A DNA stretch of 64,000 nt from Felis catus (taxonomy: Eukaryota), in contig NC_058369.1 in NCBI RefSeq assembly GCF_018350175.1, forward strand, positions 15,068,001-15,132,000, written 5' to 3'. Positions 60,038 through 64,000 of the stretch are shown here, piece after piece. The notes beneath the pieces were generated by a model, which was not told where the DNA came from, made no database searches, and saw only the letters and a program-made list of their open reading frames with translations. The position numbers were made by a program, and so were the translations under genes. Positions within the stretch are counted from its first letter, which is position 1; every line of letters begins with the position of its first letter.

Positions 60038-60255
60038 CGGGAGCCCGGGAGGCTCAGTCGATTAAGCGTCCGACTCTTGGTTTCTGCTCAGGTCATGATC
60101 TCACAGCTTCACGAGTTCGAGCCCCGGGTCAGGCTCTGCACTGACAGCTCACAGCTTGGAGCCTGCTACGGATTCTGTGTCTCTCTCTCCCCCTCTCTCT
60201 GCCCCTCCCCTGCTCTCTCTCTCTCTCTCTCTCTCTCTCAAAATGAATAATAAAG
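60038..60255 (+). mobile_element. CanSINE
   Basis: Head, body and tail; TSD ag(a)cccactc. Confidence 0.9.
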
Positions 60256-60801
60256 CCCACTCACTGAGCCCCCCTCCATGCCAGGCAATGCCCGTGGGCT
60301 CTTCAGAAGGAATCCATCCCGGCTCTTCCGTTGCAAGGTAGGCGTCATGTTCCCCATCTCACACGTGAGGAAACAAACCTCAGGGGTTTGATGCAGACAC
60401 AGGCAGGTCCCAGCTCCTCTGCCTCCTTGGGAGGTGCCTGGGGGTGGGGGGAGCACTGGATCTCCCAGCAGGTGACTCCAGTGCTGGCGGGGCACGCGTG
60501 TGTGGGGTGGGAGGGGGGTCTGTGGCATCCGGGGCGGAAGGCAGCGGGGAGGGGCCCTCCTGGGTGTCACCCACAGCTGTCCAGAGCTCCTCCGGTCCCA
60601 GTGTGGGCGCTCAGGCAGCCCCAGGTGGGAGGCACACCTGTGTCTGCCCCCAGGTGCTCTAACCCAGGTGAGGCTTCATAGAGCAACTGGGCCAGGGTGG
60701 CTCTTGTTGCTTTGCAGGTGCCTACCTGGAGGGCTGTCGCTTGGCAGTAGGAATGCCAGGTCTCACAAAGGTGTCTGCGGCAATTAAAAAAACAACAAAC
60801 T

Positions 60802-61130
60802 GGGGGCACCTGGCTGGCTCAGTTGGAACAGCATGTGACTCTTGATCTCAAGGTCGTGCGTTCAAGCCCCTCTTTGGTGTAGAGATTACTTATAAATAAC
60901 TAGGGGAGTGCCTGGGTGGCTCGGTCGGTTACGCATCCGACTTCGGCTCAGGTCGTGATCTCACGGTTCGTAGGTTCGAGCCCCGCGTCGGGCTCTGTGC
61001 CGACAGCTCGGAGCCTGGAGCCTGCTTCGGATTCTGTGTCTCCGTCTCTCTCTGCCCCTCCCCTGCTCACACTCTGCCTCTTGACTCTTTGTCTCTCAAA
61101 AATAAATAAACATTAAAAAATAAATAAATA
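60802..61130 (+). mobile_element. Short tRNA-like SINE (60802-60900) followed by a CanSINE (60903-61130)
   Basis: Tandem SINE heads. Confidence 0.9.
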
Positions 61131-61644
61131 CTTAAAGTTTAAAAAGAAAAGAATTCAAGAGCCGATAGTCTTTTAAAAAAACAAAACAAAACCCCGAAGG
61201 TCATATGGGCCACAGAGGGGTTCCACACAATATTCTCCGGAGCCTGGGCTGGAAGGGGCCTGGAAGGAAACCACAGGAGTACATGATTCTTACCTGTAAT
61301 TCGAGCCACCAGAGCATTCTGGAGAGCTTGCTGCGGGTACATCTCTGGGGCACCAGGATGGCAAAATTCTGGGATTCTTACTACATCCAGGGAGGTTACA
61401 TCCTGTTGTCCCCCGGTGAGTTTTGGAGCCACACACTTGGCCTTAGTCCTGGTTCTGTTTCCCACCGGCTAAGTACCCTTGAGGAAGGGACGTAAAGTCT
61501 CGGAGCCTCTCCTTCCTCATCATCACAGGGTGGGAGGTGAGGCTGGCTATCGTTGGGGAGGGAGAGGACTCACTTCCTTAGTTCTCAACCCATGGCAGTT
61601 ATTACTACCTTTAATTTTAATTATTTGGCACAGCAGTTAAACGT

Positions 61645-61834
61645 GGGCTTGTCAGATAAAATACAGGGCCTCCAGTTAAATTTGAATTTCAGATAAACAA
61701 CAAATAATTATTTCACTGCAAGTATGCCCCAAATATCGACTGGGATATACTTATACTAAAAAATTATTTGCTGTCTATCTGAAATTCAAATTCAGCTGGG
61801 CACCCTGTATGTTCCTTTGCTACATCTGGCAACT
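61645..61834. mobile_element. MER53 palindromic DNA transposon
   Basis: Inverted arms 61672-61709 / 61762-61799 complementary at 34/38 positions; core aagtatgccccaaatatcgactgggatatacttatactaaaaaa. Confidence 0.9.
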
Positions 61835-63059
61835 GGAGGACTTGGGCAAGTTACTTAACTACTCTGGGCCTTGGGTTCCTTATGTGTAAATCCAGGGAAC
61901 ACTAGTAACTTCCTCGGAGGCTTCTCCTGAGGCTAGATGGGAGCCTGGGCGCCTGGCCTAGCAGGTGCCGTGGGATGAGGGTTAGTGGTGCGTGTTGCGG
62001 GGGGAAGGGTGTAAGGCAGTCGCCGGGGCCTTCCCCAGAATCTCCCGCTAGCCAAGTTCTGGGGCCAAGCCCGTCCTCTTTCCGTGGGGGAGGGGAAGCG
62101 ATTACAGTTGGCCCTCTTGTGTGCCTGCTGCCCCTCTCCCATAGCCCCCAGGTGCCCCACCTCCTACCATGTGTCCCCACCACCTTGGTCTTACCTCTAC
62201 GGCCCCGCCACCTTCCTGCCTGGGCCTCTGCCTGTTCCTGTCCCAGACACCAGACTCTGGCCCCCACAGCCTGCCAGGAATGGGTGTCCCCTCTGGGTCC
62301 TCTGCCCCCACCCCCACCCCGATTGTTTCCATCTTTCATCCAGTACTCGATACGACTCCTCGCTGTGGAGGGTGCGGGTCTCTCCTGTGCCAGGCCCTAG
62401 GCCACGTCTGCTGTGGTCCCACAGGACCCTCTGACGCTGGGTCAGTGCGTCAGCATCACAGGACCCTCCCTGGAGCAGCCAAAACACTGTGGTGTTTCCA
62501 GTGATGGAGAGGAGAGCCACCTCCCGGATGGCAGACTCTGGGGAGATAGGATGTTATTCGTGACCAAGAGGAGGCTTCCCTTATTTCAAATGTGAGCCCA
62601 AGAGGCCCATTTTCAGGAGAGGTTTATATGTGGCAATACCTTCTACGGGTCCCTACGGCACTTTTCCCTTCCGGCACTTTTCTCGTATCGCATCACTTGA
62701 TCATTGACCTAGAGAGTCAGAGGGACGATTTTGAGATTCATTTCTTTGGGGCTGAACTTCTAAATTCTTTTTGACACTTCAGTTTCCAGATGTTTCTTAC
62801 CATCCCAGTTTCCCGAGCCCCACGCTTGGTTTTAATGTTATTCTTTGGGGGAGATCCAGGTTCCCTACATTTTGTAGGTCAGATCAAATTTCCCACTGGA
62901 TGGCCGTGAAGCTCCCAGCAGGTATCTCGTACTGCAGAGATACTCCAAGCTTAGTGGCCATAGAGCCAACCTGAGCTTTGCCTGGTAGTCTGCCTTGAGA
63001 AAAGGTCAGACCCTGGGACTGGATTCAAACGCGAGGGGAAGGCAAAGCTATTTCTCTCA

Positions 63060-63292
63060 TTCTTAAAAAAAAAAAAATTTTTAGCACTTATTTATTTTAG
63101 AGAGAGATGGAGAGACAGAGCACAAGTGGGGGGTAGAGGAAGAGAGAGAGGGTGGTGACACAGAATCCAAAGCAGGCTCCAGGCTCTGAGCTGTCAGCAC
63201 ACAGCCCGAGGCGGGGCTTGAACTCACAAGCTGCGAGATCATGACCTGAGCCGAAGTCAGACGCTTAACCCACTGAGCCACCCAGGTGCCCC
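63060..63292 (-). mobile_element. CanSINE
   Basis: TSD aaggcaaagctatttct. Confidence 0.93.
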
Positions 63293-63349
63293 AAGGCAAA
63301 GCTATTTCTAAAGACCGGCCCAGAATCTTCACAAAGGAAGATCTATGAA

Positions 63350-63785
63350 TGCCCCGTAATCGCATGAAGAACTGCTCAATCTAATTAGTCATCCAAGAAA
63401 TGCAAATTAAAACCATGATGAGAAAGTGCTATACATCCATTAGAACAGCTAAAAATAGCACCAAATGGTTATCTGGCATCTGGCAACACCAAATGTTGGA
63501 AAAACGCAAACTCATATATTGCTAATGATACTGTTAAAGGATACAAAAATTGGGGCACTTGGAGGCTCAGTCGGTTAAGCGCCTCTGTGCTGACAGTGCG
63601 GAGCCAGCTTGGGATTCTCTCTGTCTCTTTCTCTCAAAATTAATAATAAATCAACTTAAAAAATGACACAGAAACTTTGGAAAAAATGAAATTCTTATAA
63701 ACATAAATATGACTTCCAATTCCACTCTCAGGTATTTACCCAAGAAAAAGGAAAACATATGTCCCATACGTAAATTTTCATGGCG
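63350..63785 (+). mobile_element. Ancient L1M ORF2 fragment with an internally deleted SINE (63552-63660)
   Basis: aattagtcatccaagaaatgcaaattaaaaccatgatgaga…caattccactctcaggtatttacccaaga. Confidence 0.7.
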
Positions 63786-63787
63786 GC

Positions 63788-64000
63788 TTTTTTTTTTTTC
63801 AACGTTTTTTATTTTATTTTTTGGGACAGAGAGAGACAGAGCATGAACGGGGGAGGGGCAGAGAGAGAGGGAGACACAGAATCGGAAACAGGCTCCAGGC
63901 TCCGAGCCATCAGCCCAGAGCCTGACGCGGGGCTCGAACTCCCGGACCGCGAGATCGTGACCTGGCTGAAGTCGGACGCTTAACCGACTGCGCCACCCAG
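63788..64000 (-). mobile_element. Young CanSINE (runs off the window end)
   Basis: Nearly identical to the copies at 10493, 18891 and 28870. Confidence 0.95.

Noticed and set aside
1016..63983. Recurrent ORFs such as MAQSVKRPTSAQVMIS… and …ERQSMNGGGAEREGDTESE…
   Set aside because: Translations of CanSINEs on either strand, not a gene family.
55000..64000. TMEM158, expected next gene by human synteny
   Set aside because: No CpG island or TMEM158-like ORF is present; it presumably lies beyond the right edge.

Overview
Mammalian genomic DNA from a felid, judged by about 50 cat-type CanSINEs (SINEC_Fc-like) and a cat-type L1 3' end; the species cannot be determined from sequence alone. The only protein-coding sequence I can support is coding exon 1 of CDCP1 on the minus strand (ATG 8980, splice donor 8904), inside a CpG island at about 8.1-9.3 kb. 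Positions 1-8904 are CDCP1 intron 1 (exon 2 lies outside the window). Positions 9.3-64 kb are upstream intergenic DNA, in the direction of TMEM158 if human gene order is conserved. That region is filled with SINEs, a 5'-truncated L1, ancient L1M/HAL1/L2/MIR remnants, MaLR/ERVL LTRs, hAT DNA-transposon relics and microsatellites. Nearly all ORFs in the supplied track are spurious or repeat-derived. I found no convincing novel protein-coding system. The best leads are regulatory or non-coding: a candidate TATA promoter with an ATG-less first exon at 41.6-42.05 kb, a 4x repeat-spacer motif array at 39.3 kb, a perfect CTCF core at 57.96 kb, two palindromic MER53 elements with miR-1302-like sequence, a splice-donor/E-box motif in the CDCP1 5'UTR, and signs of strong AT-to-GC substitution bias. 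Repeat subfamily names and human comparisons are recalled from memory and need confirming with RepeatMasker or BLAST; repeat boundaries are approximate unless a TSD is quoted.
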